From Octopus vulgaris (taxonomy: Eukaryota): a DNA stretch of 64,000 nt. The notes under the pieces are model-generated. The model made no database searches. It was not told the DNA's origin and saw only the letters and a program-made list of their open reading frames with translations. A program made the position numbers and the translations under genes. Numbering within the stretch: position 1 is the first letter of the stretch; every line of letters starts with the position of its first letter. The stretch is from assembly GCA_951406725.2 (NCBI GenBank), contig OX597814.1:172546001-172610000 (forward strand), written 5' to 3'. Shown in pieces: positions 1-12,899 of the stretch.

Positions 1-70
1 GATAAAAATCAATTTAAAAAGTGATCTGCGGCGCGACTGCTTCTGTCTCATGGCACAGAGAAGACAAAAT

Positions 71-144
<74 letters not shown>

Positions 145-146
<2 letters not shown>

Positions 147-292
147 CGCAGGAGTAGCTTGCTTACCAACCACATGGTTCCAGATTCAGTCCCATTGCGT
201 GGAACCTTGGGTAAGTGTCTTCTACTATGGCCTCGGGCCGACCAAAACCTTGTGAGTGGATTTGGTAGACGGAAACTGAAAGAAGCCCGCCG

Positions 293-371
<79 letters not shown>

Positions 372-590
372 TTGTGTGTCTGTGTTTGTCCCCTCACCAT
401 CGCTTGGCAACCGATGTTGGTGTGTTTACGTACTGTAACTTAGCGGTTCGGCCAAAGAGACCGATAGAATAAGCACTGTTCTTACAAAGAATAAGTCCTG
501 GGGTCGGTTTGCTCTCGGCTAAAGGCGGTGCTCCAGCATGGCCACAGTCAAATGACTGAAACAAGTAAAACAGTAAAAAGAGTAAAAGAG
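145..590 (+). mobile_element. tRNA-headed SINE, local family A (head - internal TA/TG microsatellite - CR1-like 3' tail)
   Basis: Pol III-like head with B-box-like GATTCAGTCCC, CORE-like CCTTGGGTAAGTGTCTT, internal microsatellite, tail GGTGCTCCAGCATGGCCACAGTCAAATGACTGAAACAAGTAAAA; more than 15 homologues in the window. Confidence 0.9.
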
Positions 591-680
591 TATCACTGAA
601 GTCATGACGAAAACATTTTTAAACAGACAACACTAATGGGAATTTCTTATTGTCTTATTGTCTTATTTCTTATTTTCCAG

Positions 681-1368
681 ATGGCCGGTCGCTTGACTGT
701 TCAAGAGCGAGCTAAGATAGCAGCACACTATGAAGTATGGAATTCTGTTGTTTTGGTTCAGAGATGGTGGCGTGCATGGAAAGCTAAGCATGCAACACTA
801 CGTTTGGGGACAATAAAAAGTTGTCATGCAAAGCTGATGACAATGGGCTCTGTGAACGATGCAAGAAGAAGTGGCCGTCCACCCCATTCCGATCAGCGGA
901 GAACGTGGAACGTGGAACGTGCAGGAAATGTTTAATTGCAGCCCGAAAAAAAAATCAACATGTCAAGCAGCTTGTGAAAGTGGACTAACAAGACACACAA
1001 TACGTACGGTGTTGCATAAGGAATTGAATTTTCCTCTGTAGAAACTCCATTACATGCAGGAGCTGATGGAATGACGTGGACCTCATGAATGGCGTCCAAG
1101 AAGCCCAGATTTCACTCCATGTGATTTTTACCTTTGGGGTTACACAAAAGAGAAGATATACAAGACAAAACCTCGCATACGGGAGGACTTGGAAACAGAT
1201 TCAGGAGGTTCTCAGTGATATCCAGGACGATTGCCTTAAATTTGCGGATTTACTTTAATTTCCCCATTTAATAAAGAACACGTATCATTTGTTTCAATGA
1301 ATTTGTAAAAGGGATATGGACTTTACTACCAATTTTTAATGCCTACTTACTATTCACCCACCCTTTAT
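681..1368 (+). pseudogene. Internally deleted Tc1/mariner-superfamily (Tc3/DUF4817-type) transposase relic with right TIR
   Basis: MAGRLTVQERAKIAAHYEVWNSVVLVQRWW...GSVNDARRSGRP HTH region; WRPRSPDFTPCDFYLWGYTKEKIY at about 1090-1165 (cf. WPPRSPDLTPCDFFLWG); ends CACCCTTTATA like a CAGGGTG-type TIR plus TA; central catalytic region missing. Confidence 0.8.
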
Positions 1369-1371
1369 ATA

Positions 1372-1810
1372 TACGACGGGCTTCTTTAAATTTCTGTTTG
1401 CCAAATTCATTCAAAATCATTGACCAACCTAGGGTTACTGTAGAAGACACTGTAACCCTAGGTTACAGTACAAGACACGGTAACCCTAGGTTCAAGGCGG
1501 CGAGCTGGCAGAAACGTTAGCACGCCGGGCGAAATGCGTAGCCGTATTTCGTTTGCCGTTACGTTCTGAGTTCAAATTCCGCCGAGGTCAACTTCGCTTT
1601 TCATCCTTTCGGGGTCGATAAATTAAGTACCAGTTATGCACTGGGGTCGACGTAATCGACTTAACCCGTTTGTCTGTCCTTGTTTGTCCCCTCTATGTTT
1701 AACCCCTTGTGGGTAATAAAGAAACATACAGTAGAAGACACTTGCCCAAGTTGTCGCGCAATGAGACTGAACCGAAACCACGTGATTACATAACAATTCT
1801 TAACACACAC
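1372..1810 (-). mobile_element. Decayed family A SINE head, interrupted by a family B SINE
   Basis: CGACGGGCTTCTTT...GTAGAAGACAC before 1496 resumes as GTAGAAGACACTTGCCCAAG after 1724. Confidence 0.75.
1496..1724 (+). mobile_element. SINE, local family B
   Basis: GGCGGCGAGCTGGCAGAA head, GAGTTCAAATTCC B-box, TTTCATCCTTTCGGGGTCGATAAATTAAGTACCAG body, AATAAAGAAA end; homologues at 9541, 33273, 46248, 60205. Confidence 0.88.
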
Positions 1811-1989
1811 CCGAACACGTAGAAGCTCCTTCGTTGGATCGTAGCAAAGCAAGTATTCTCGACTGTAATGAATGACGTAATTCCAAAACTTTATCATATT
1901 ACTAGTTATAAGAAACAACCATCAACTCTACATTTAAGTATGGCAGTAAGTATTCATTCACTTATCTTCATCTCCATTTTCTGCTGGTT

Positions 1990-2410
1990 GAGAAACAAGT
2001 GGAGTGATTGAGATTCGTTTGAATGGCTGAGGAACCACTGGAATGACTGCAGCAAAATTTGACCAGCTTATGATACAATCTGTGTACTATTCACGGAGTT
2101 GAAGCGGCAGTAGTGTAGCTGAAGTAGTAACGACACGACTGGAGTTTACGCAACATTATTGAAGTAGCAGAGATAAAATTTCAGCGAATGTGATATAAAT
2201 GGCTAGTCATTTACCCGGTTAGAATAGGACTGGCGTGATTTGTGCGGCAATGACACGGTTGGAGTGGCTGTGATACAACTGTAGCATAAGTGATATATCT
2301 TCAATGAAAATGATACAATCGATTTTGCAGGGACACTAGAGGAGAGAGAGGATGAAATACGTTTAGTGTGAGTGACTCAAATTGGGTGACTTTGAAACAA
2401 GGGTAGAAAA
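1990..2410. repeat. Highly diverged ~20-bp minisatellite
   Basis: Successive 20-mers TGACACGGTTGGAGTGGCTG / TGATACAACTGTAGCATAAG / TGATATATCTTCAATGAAAA / TGATACAATCGATTTTGCAG. Confidence 0.55.
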
Positions 2411-3580
2411 GGAGACACCATCGCTTTCAGACTCCTTCAAAGGACTATGAAAATGAACTGGAAGTTTTGCAGTGGCACCACCACTTCTTACTGTAGTGCA
2501 TCATTCCATTCGATGATATTTTGCGTGAAAGCATGCACGCCCTCACTTCTTTCGATAATTTTGGTCTCTTTTGTCTTTGATTATTGCTAAGCGAGTTGAC
2601 TTTGCAGAATTCTCTATTCTTGATGATATTAATGATGATGATGACGGTGGTGGTGGTGGTAGTAGTGTCGGCGGCGGCGGCAGCCAGGCAGCGATGGTGG
2701 TGGTGGCGTCGGCGAAGGTGATAATGATGAATGGATGTATGTATGTTAAACACCAAACTAACTCAACGGTGTGTTCAACTGTTTTTTTTTCGTTTGTCTT
2801 TTTTCGTTTGTTTTACGCCTGCACTATATAAACCCGTTTGCAAACAATATAAGTGTCGACCCAGCCACGTAATGCTGATGGATATTAAAATGCATATTTC
2901 GGTGTAATTGTCAAAACAATCGCGTAAACTCTTCTGAACAAGTTTTTAGACTACTTAAAGCACAACAGGGTTGGTTGCTGCTGTTGTTACCGACAATTTA
3001 TATTGGCGATGGAGAGAATCACAATGATGATGATGATAATGATAATGATGATGATGACGGCGATGATAAGTCGATGATCTGCCACAGAAAACAAGCTGTA
3101 ATGAGACAAATGGAACCTGCTAACACAACCGCCACAACAACAAGATAGTAAGATAGAAAGAAAGATGTTAATTTAAAATGAATAATAATGCCTGGCTCTT
3201 CCTGTTTTGACAAAAGCTAAACTTTAAATCATTATCAGTGTCTATTTTGACCTTAAACACTTCTCAGTAAATGTTTTACAGCTAACTGAAAGGTTTGTTC
3301 TTTTCTTTTTTTTATTTCTTTATATCTTTCTGACAGATATAGAAACTGAAGAAAAACAAAAGACTTCTCTGTGTGTGTATGCATGTGTGTGTGTGCGTGT
3401 GCGTGTGCGTGTATACTCACGCATATATATTATTTATGTGTATTTATATATATATATATATACATAAATATATATGTATGTATATGTGTGTATACCTATA
3501 CAAATATGTAAATGTTTGCATGCAAAATATTGGAAAGGAAGGTGTTGGTACAGTAAAGATATTCTGATCTGGACAGATAA

Positions 3581-3630
<50 letters not shown>

Positions 3631-3932
3631 GGACATGTACATAGGCTAATGATGCCACATGGTTAGATAAATACTTACAGACACTCGTGCACGCACACGT
3701 ACATGTCATTTGTTCGATGTGTGTAGTAAAGTCGTTACTTTGAATATACGATAAAATGTGAAAGGTAACTGGTTCTAATTCACAACAAAACATTAATCAG
3801 CCGAAATTGCGAGGATGATCCGGTTCTTGACTGAAGATTAGAGGTTTCGAATGACCCGTTCGTTTTTTGTGTCGTCTATTTGAATGTTTTGCGTTCTTGT
3901 CCCATTTTGTATTTTTATATATAATTTTTATA

Positions 3933-4337
3933 CAGGAGTGGCTGTGTGGTAAGTAGCTTGCTAACCAGCCACATGGTTCCGGGTTCAGTCCCACTGCGTG
4001 GCATCTTGGGCAAGTGTCTTCTGCTATAGCCCCAGGCCGACCAATGCCTTGTGAGTGGATTTGATAGACGGAAACTGAAAGAAGCCTGTCGTATATATGT
4101 ATATATATATATATGTATGTGCGTGTGTGTGTGTGTCTGTGTTTGTGCCCCTAGCATTGCTTGACAACCGATGCTGGTGTGTTTACGTCCCCGTCACTTA
4201 GCGGTTCGGCAAAAGAGACCGATAGAATAAGTACTGGGCTTACAAAGAATAAGTCCCGGGGTCGATTTGGTCGACTAAAGGCGGTGCTCCAGCATGGCCG
4301 CAGTCAAATGACTGAAACATGTAAAAGAGTAAAAGAG
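3933..4337 (+). mobile_element. Family A SINE, near full length
   Basis: All family A modules and the (GTAAAAGA)n end. Confidence 0.92.
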
Positions 4338-4341
4338 TAAT

Positions 4342-4391
<50 letters not shown>

Positions 4392-4413
<22 letters not shown>

Positions 4414-5300
4414 CAGGGTTTATCATTTTAAAAGGTATATTCCATTTGTATAGAATTTTCTTTAAATGAATGTATGCTAGTACATTCATACAGCATTAAG
4501 GCTAATACATAGAACGAGATTAGCGACCACGATCAGAACTCCACTAAAGGAATTGATGTCAACAATTTTCCCAGGATCTCTTCGGCAAAAATAGTGAATG
4601 CCGATGCAGAGTAACCACTAGCGACAAGAACTGTAAACCTTATTATCGATATGTCTGCCAATGATTTTTAGATTTAAATTATATTTTCTTTCCTGTTATA
4701 TCTGATGGCGGCCTTCTATTCTCTTATGGAAATCTTAATAGAAGAGTTATATTGTTTGTTCTAACCACCGTTGTTGCGTCTTGTATGCAGTCGCAGGTGA
4801 AGTGAAACTGTGTCAGTAATCAGGTTACAGTAAGTGCGACGGAAATGTTGACACTAAATAATAAATATTTAAGTGAAGATAACAGATTTGTGTGTTTTCC
4901 AATGTCTAATATGAGTTTTCCATAGAGTAATCTCGTTCTTCAAGAATTGTTGGCGAGTTTAACTTTCGTTCTATCTTATTTGGAACTTCATGAATATTTA
5001 TTAAATATTATATTCTCTTTTTTTATTGTTTCTTCTTTAATAATTCAATCAATATTTTCGTAATATATTATAATTAAAATAACTACTAAATTGTGTGGAA
5101 CACGTTTCACAGAAGATGACACCAAATGTCGAAACAGCCGACCCGTTTGCGAATATAGCTGGATTAAAAGCAAAACTTGTAATCAGTTCCAATACTAGAA
5201 ACTAATCAAGGTTCTTAATCACTTTTCTAAGATGTGAGGAAAAATATTACCCCGCGCGAAATTTTATTCCTTCCCAAAGAAAGAAACGCCAACCAGGAAT
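4392..5300. mobile_element. Probable decayed Penelope-like element (GIY-YIG-like remnant on minus strand, degenerate hammerhead at 5110-5142)
   Basis: Minus-strand frameshifted HFTCDC...SIRE*KAAIRYN at about 4695-4805; CAGAAGA-TGACA-CCAAA-TGTC-GAAACAGCCGAC; lies between TA arrays. Confidence 0.4.
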
Positions 5301-5347
5301 TAATGTGATTATGCATACAGAGATGTGTATGCATCTCTCTCTCTCTG

Positions 5348-5418
<71 letters not shown>

Positions 5419-5423
5419 GTATG

Positions 5424-5522
<99 letters not shown>

Positions 5523-5879
5523 TTACATACATACATCATCCATGTGAGCGAGGTTGGGGTGTACGTATGTCAAATATTTACAACTATGAAGCACATAGAG
5601 ACAACATACAGAAAAAAAAACACAATATAAATATATCTACTGTAGATTATTATGTACACCTCGCTACTTTCGCCTCTTCATTGTAACAAAGATCTATCGT
5701 GGGTCACTGTGTCAAGCCATAAATATGTCAAATGATACATAGAAGCTGTGATTGATGTGCCTCATTATTCTATCACCAATGTAGTTTTACATCTTGATGC
5801 TCATTTATTTTTGAGATGTGGTGAGGTCTTCTTCAATCATTATATATCTATTGGTTTATTATTTTTTTGTTGTTATCAT

Positions 5880-6012
5880 AATCGGTAACATTATGATCAT
5901 CATTATACTTATTACTATTACTATTATTATTGTTATTATTATTATTATCATCATTATTATTATTATTATTATCATTATTATTATTATTATTATTATTATC
6001 ATCATCATTATT

Positions 6013-6051
<39 letters not shown>

Positions 6052-6052
6052 A
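5880..6052. repeat. Compound (ATT/ATC)n-(GTT)n trinucleotide microsatellite
   Basis: Direct reading. Confidence 0.95.
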
Positions 6053-6439
6053 TACCCTAATCCCTTGGTGGTAGCTGTTGGTGAACTACACCACCATGAG
6101 GTATTGAATGACTGAGAGGAATAAAAACTGTTTCATTTCGTTTCTGATCCCGAGTGTGTGTAGATATACATACATATATGGAAAAAAATCCAAGGTTGTG
6201 AAAGATTTCAGAACATTTATAAAGAGCTGTAAGACCTTCTCTTTAAATGTTCTGAAATCTTCCATACCCTTGGAATTTTTATCTCATTCTGTTAATTTTT
6301 TAAAAATATATGCATGCTAATATATGACCTACGTTCGCATAATCACCGAAACTGGAGCTTAACAGTTCTCTGTCCGTAGCACTTACTCAGCATTACCTTA
6401 CAACTTTGGGTCTGCTTGACACCACTACCTCTCATAATC

Positions 6440-6474
<35 letters not shown>

Positions 6475-6724
6475 GTCGTGCACAATGTAAAGAAGTACGA
6501 CTCATTGTTAGTTTCATGAAGCTGCTATCCGATACATGTAGCCACATGTATTGCATAATTTCCCACGGATCATTTTTATGCAATGTGGTGAGAAATTAAG
6601 CATCATAGAAGCAACTGTAACGAGCAATAAAGCTGTGCTACATTTATTTTTTGTTTTCTTATCTATCTAAGTATCTATCTATTGGTCTTCCCCTTTCTTC
6701 CGCTCTTTACTTATCCTTATGTGT

Positions 6725-6779
<55 letters not shown>

Positions 6780-7060
6780 ATATGTATGTATGTATATATG
6801 CATGTATGTAGATATGGATGTATGTATGTATGTATGTATGTATGTATGTATGTATGTATGTATGTATATCATTTGCTTTCCAATGGACACTTCGATATAT
6901 GTATATATCGGACATAGGCTGTGTATCGTTAACCAGATGGAAAAGACGTTTTCCTGAGGTTAAAATGTAATGTTAAAGTGGCACAAATCCGTCACCATCT
7001 AGTATTGTTTCTACTTAGAGATTAACAGCTAACTACTTTGCTCCTTAAGTGTGTGTGTGT

Positions 7061-7100
<40 letters not shown>

Positions 7101-7121
7101 GTGTGTATATATGCATATATG

Positions 7122-7168
<47 letters not shown>

Positions 7169-7170
<2 letters not shown>

Positions 7171-7571
7171 CGTAAATGTGGCTGTGTGGTAAGTAGCTAG
7201 TTTACGAACCACATGGTTCCGGGTTCATTCCCACTGCGTGGCACCTTGAGCAAGTATCTTCTACTATAACCTCGGGCTGACCAAAGCCTTGTGAGTGGAT
7301 TTGGTAGACGGAAACTGAAAGAAGCCCGTCGTATATATGTATGTGTGTATATGTTTGTGTGTCTGTAGTCGTCCCCCCCCCGCCCCAACATCGCTTGACA
7401 ACTGATACTGGTGTGTTTACGTCCCCGTAACTTAGTGGTTCGGCAAAAGATACTTATAGAATAAGTACTAGGCTTACAAATAATAAGTCCTGGGGTCGAT
7501 TTGCTCGACTAAATGCAGTGCTCCATCATGGCCACAGTCAAATAACTGAAACAAGTAAAAGTGTAAAAGAG
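7169..7571 (+). mobile_element. Family A SINE
   Basis: Full module set, preceded by (TA)n. Confidence 0.9.
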
Positions 7572-7877
7572 TATATATATAAACTCTGTTTATATATATA
7601 TATATACGGGCTGACCATTCCGATACAAAAGCCACGTCTCTTTACCTCCCCCTCCTTCTGAAAAAAACAACATTTTTCTTCTTTCTTTTCCCTTGCTTGG
7701 AAAACCCCACAAAATTATTTATAAAAAGACCAAGAAATCTAACTTCCGATAACGGAATAATGCGCTAAAAAAAATCTAAATAAAATGCAAACAAAAAATA
7801 TATATAATCATTCAGTATTCTGACTACCTTATTATTCTAAATAAACAATATCTTGACATCACTTCAAAAACTCTTTA

Positions 7878-8067
7878 TATATACATACATACATACATAC
7901 ATACATACATACATACATACATACATACATACATACATACATACATACATACATACATACATACATACATACATACATACATACATACATACATACATAC
8001 ATACATGTATGTATGTATGTATGTATGTATGTATGTATGTATGTATGTATGTATGTATGTATGTATG
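7878..8067. repeat. Inverted (CATA)n/(TATG)n microsatellite pair
   Basis: (CATA)n switches to its complement at ACATGT near 8005. Confidence 0.9.
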
Positions 8068-9058
8068 TGGTTAAATTGTACTTTATAAGAAATGTAGAAA
8101 TCAGTACCGAATAACTGGAAGGTAAGAATGTGTTGTTTCAATACCTAACAGTGGCCAATGTTTTCATTCCGGACAGGAATCTTCGGTTCCACCGGTAGCT
8201 TTCAACTGCTTCTATCCAAAAGGGTTTATCAATCCAATATATACTTTTATAGAGCACTTTGTGGAGGTTTTGATGTGGGACTCAACTCAGAACTATGTGG
8301 TTGATAAGCATGCTTCTTACCACACATCCACGTGAAGAAAATTTCAAAAGAAGAAATCTGTAGTATATCTCAATCTATTTGATCTAAAACACTGTTTGAT
8401 TGTCGTGTTCTACCGCATGGTCCGCGATATAATTTCTGCTCAGTCATTTTGTCAGTGAGTCAATCGTATTGAATCCGCATTCAAACAAATACGTGCTAGG
8501 AAATGCAGTAAGAAGTCTTCGAGCTTTTTCTCAATGTTGGCCATCTATTTAGTTGATTACTCTTGATTCAAAATATGTTTTGAAGCTGATTGAATTGGCC
8601 ACGTTTAGGTGTATCACTTCGAAAATTACTCAAACTCTCTTAGGTTTTTGCTTCGACGTCGGTCGACAGCACTTAACCTGGGTGGAAAATGAAATGCAGG
8701 TCACTGAATATATACAGATAATAAGATTTTCTATAATTTTCTTTTTTTTTTTTTTTTTGTACCTGCTTCTGATGTTTCACATAAAGATTATTTCGCTGTT
8801 TTCCAGTACATCGGTGATCGTTTTCTGGTTTATAAGTTCTAAAAATTCCCGTCATGCTAAATTTTGCCATCAGAATTAAAGATTTTTGAAGAAAGAAGCG
8901 ACGGCTTTTTCGCGTAACAACCAAATAACAATTAGACTTTTTGCCTTGAAATGTCTTGTTTAGCATGTTAAATGTCTAAAATCTTTCTACTACGTTAAAT
9001 GTCTGTCTAGGCAACAGCGAGTCTTTCTTTTGGTTATTTATTAAATTTTAAAGCAAAT

Positions 9059-9213
9059 AGACGCAGACGTGGCTGTGTGGTAAAAAGCTTCCTTCCGAAC
9101 CATGTGGTTCCGTGTTCAGTTCCACTGCGTGGCACTTGTCTTCTGCTACAGGCTCGGGTAGACCAAAGACTTGTGAGAGGATTTGGTAGACGGAAACTGA
9201 AAGAAGCCCGTCG

Positions 9214-9265
<52 letters not shown>

Positions 9266-9478
9266 TATGTGTGCCTACGTTTGTCCTCCCATCACCACTT
9301 GACAACCGGTGTTGGTGTGTTTACGTCCCCGTAACTTAGTGGTTCAGCAAAGCAGCTCGATAGAATAAGTACCATGATTTAGAAATAATACTGAGGTCGA
9401 TTCATTCGACTGAAAATTCAAGGCGGTGACCCAGCATGGCCGCAGTCAAACGATTGAAACAAGTAAAAGATAAAAGAT
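9059..9478 (+). mobile_element. Family A SINE (diverged) inserted in the hAT relic
   Basis: Homology to other A copies. Confidence 0.88.
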
Positions 9479-9540
9479 ACTGTACCAGTATGTAAATAAA
9501 TCATTGAAGAGAGTTTTCAACAGAAAACTATCTTACCTTA

Positions 9541-9768
9541 GGCGAGCTGGTAGAAACATTAACACGCCGGGCTGATTGCTTAGCGGTTTTTCGTCTGTCT
9601 TTATGTTCTGAGTTCAAATACCGCCGATGTCGACTTTGCCTTTCAATCTTTCAGGGTCGATAAATTAAGTACTAGTTACGCACTGGGGTCGATATAATCG
9701 ACTTAATTCCTTTATCTGTCCTTGTTTGTACCCTCTATGTTTAGCCCCTTGTAGGCAATAAAGAAATA
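9541..9768 (+). mobile_element. Family B SINE with 15-bp target-site duplication
   Basis: AAACTATCTTACCTT at 9525-9539 and 9772-9786. Confidence 0.9.
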
Positions 9769-10719
9769 AGGAAACTATCTTACCTTTTCATGCAGCAGAA
9801 ACCTTGAAAGCCCTCCTAATTTTCATTACAGCCACAAGTGTTGATGATGAATCCTATGAACCGATGATGTATATCCATTGCACAATATATTCTCCATTGG
9901 AATATTACTCGTATTTTGAACTTCAACAAAAGTCATCCCTTAACTCTTTGTTTTAACTTTGATGGCAACCAGCATCATTACCTTCAGTTCATTTCCGTTT
10001 CGGAATCTCACATGATCCATGAAATGAACGTTTATATTTTTGTAATGTAGTTTCATCTTATTTAAACCATTTCTTGTATTGAATTGAACTGAACTGGCCC
10101 TTTTGTCTTCAATGTCCTATGCTATCTTATCGATTCTCCTGATAACAATGCCGTCACTTAAAGGAATTAATTGAATTGTTTCTGTGTCTCTCAAGATTAT
10201 AACATCACATATTATTATGAATAATGACGACAGGATAAGCGACTCGCTTTGCTTTGAGCTTCTCTAACTTTTCTTTTCATACAAGAAGTCTTTCTAATTT
10301 TCTCATATTGTTGTTAAGGATTGTTTCAGTATTGATATACTTTAGAAATATTTCAAATGATTTTCAAGAAATCTTTCTTCTCTGAAAGCGAGTTATGTAA
10401 AAGTTTGTACGATTGTTTTCATTTTACTTCGTCTCATGCTTTCATTAGAAATCGTTGATCCATATAAACCATATTGACAGAGCTTGTATTTATGGAAACG
10501 CAATGAAACCATACGATAAGTACTACTCTGAATACTGTCGAAATTTTTCGTCAAGGTAATCATACTTTAAAGGTCTCTAAGATTCAGAGGGAAAAATCAA
10601 AGGTTCGTTCTTTAACAAAAGCAAGACGTCGTTTGAAAAAGCAGAAGTTTGATATATAATTTAAGAATTTATTTTAAATTTTAGAAGCAGCCAAAACATC
10701 TCGGAAATAGGCATAGGAG

Positions 10720-10840
10720 GAAAATTACAAACTACATGATTATGGTGAAAGGAAAGAAACGGGGGGAAATTCAACGTTTCAGAAAATGCCTTTGGTTAAG
10801 AAAAAAAGAATAAAGGAAAGGCAAAGAGAAGAAAATAGTT
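10720..10840 (-). mobile_element. Strongly decayed copy of hammerhead-bearing family H1
   Basis: GGAAAGAAACGGGGGGAAATTCAACGTTTC aligns with GGAAAGAAAGAAGGAGGATTTAACGTTTC at 27013-27041. Confidence 0.4.
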
Positions 10841-11395
10841 TCATAAAAATTTATTATTCCAAAGCATGGGAACCGGCGAGAGTATAATTTCAATGTAGGG
10901 TATAAACTTGATGGTAGAAGATATTTTAAAGTAACGGTGTAATTTGGCTGTCTTTTCTAGCAGGTAAGCGACCACATAGAGGCTCCATTCTAACGTTTGT
11001 TGCTTCATAACTATTACTACTACTACTACTATTACTGTTGCTGTTGATATTACATGACATTAAACTGTGTTACGTAGCATCGTATGTGTGTATGTGTGTG
11101 TGTGTATGTGCGTGTGTGTGTGTGTGTGTGTCTGCGTGTGTGCGTGTGCGCGCGAGTATGTGTCTGGAATTGTCTCCTCTTACATACGGTAATCAATACT
11201 TGCAATCAATAGTGTGTCAACAATAACTGTCTCGAATTTCTTCCCTTCGTGTTATACTTTTCATGAAATTTCACAGTTTTAAATATCATCAATACAAAAG
11301 TTATACACATGTATATATATATATACGTATGTATGTATGTATGTATGTATGTATGTATGTATGTATGTATGTATGTATGTATGTATATATATGTA

Positions 11396-11530
<135 letters not shown>

Positions 11531-11588
11531 CATTGATACAAAATACACGCGCATATATATATATATAAAACACTGATACATAATATAC

Positions 11589-11636
<48 letters not shown>

Positions 11637-12002
11637 GCATATAGGTGTATATCCTCGCAAACATATAATACATATGCGTTGTTAGTTGATATGCATGCAC
11701 GCACGCACATGTATCGTCACACTTTTGTAAGCGCATGCACAGTAGCCTATGTTACTTCCTGGTGCACTCCAATGTTAACGCCTACTGCATCATTGTAATC
11801 ATCTGAGCCATATGTCTGACACTCACACTGCTTTCATCTCTTCCTAATAGAATTTCAATAGACGGTCGAGCACGCTCATGCCTGACGTACACGTTACCCT
11901 CCACATAGACAGACACACACACACACACACACACCGTCATGCACAGTAAAGAGGGTGTCATGTTATATGCAGCGGAAGTCTATCGTAATAATATGGAAAG
12001 TT

Positions 12003-12056
<54 letters not shown>

Positions 12057-12222
12057 TACATACATATATATAGATATACATACATACACACATGTATATA
12101 TATATATATATATAAATATATATACATATACATATATATATATACACACATATATATACATATATATATATACATATATACATATATATGTATACATATA
12201 TATACATACACATATATATACA

Positions 12223-12263
<41 letters not shown>

Positions 12264-12329
12264 TGAGAGAGAGAGACAGATAGACAACCAGAAAGACAGT
12301 GAGAGAGATAGATAGACAGCCATATAAAC

Positions 12330-12366
<37 letters not shown>

Positions 12367-12899
12367 CGTGTGTGTATGTATGTGTGTGTGTGTGTGTATA
12401 TATATATGTATGTATGTATTTATATATATATATATGTATATATAGATAGGAAAATAGAGAAGGAGAGAGATAACCAGTCAGATAAAGACAAATAGAGAGA
12501 GAGAGAGGGAGAGAGGGGAGAAAAAGGGGAGAAGAAACAGAGAAAGAAAGAAAGTAGGAAGGAAGAAAGAAAGAAAGAAAGAGAAAGAAAGAAAGAATGA
12601 AAGAATGAAAGTGTGAGGGAAATCGAGAGAGTGACATTGAGGCAGGCAGATAGAGTAGGCGGGGAGCAATCCAAATTACAAAGTCTCTGAGTAACCATGA
12701 AACAGAAAACCCATTTCTTCTGCTAAGAGATTGATCATTCCCGAACAGAAGAAAAATCTTTATGAGAAATCCCTGTTTTTCTGTTTCGTAACGATAACAG
12801 TACAGTGCTTTCAGCTCCTCTGCAATCTCCTACGTTAAATATATTCAAATATATAAATAATGATATCTCTATGTTATACATATTTCGGGTTTTCTGATT

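Larger units (their letters stand above)
8400..10560 (-). pseudogene. Fossil hAT (Buster/Charlie-type) transposase, interrupted by two SINEs
   Basis: Minus-strand motifs in the expected order: KFRQYSE*YLSYGFI (about 10500-10550), ISNESMRRSKMK, ESLIL, IPLSDGIVIRRIDKIA*DIED (about 10105-10170), HVRF, FNMLNKTFQG (about 8940-8972), ARRLLTAFPSTYLFECGF (about 8470-8525, dimerisation domain); many stops and frameshifts. Confidence 0.78.

Noticed and set aside
1990-2410. Possible CRISPR-like array
   Set aside because: Units are contiguous and degenerate with no repeat-spacer alternation; eukaryotic context with no cas genes
7878-8067. Hairpin-forming inverted (CATA)n/(TATG)n as a functional structure
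   Set aside because: Easily produced by slippage in TA-rich microsatellites; similar switches occur elsewhere in the window
9900-10110. Kinase-like words on the minus strand (KGQFSS, LVAIKV)
   Set aside because: They lie within collinear hAT transposase motifs and no HRD/DFG follows; coincidental
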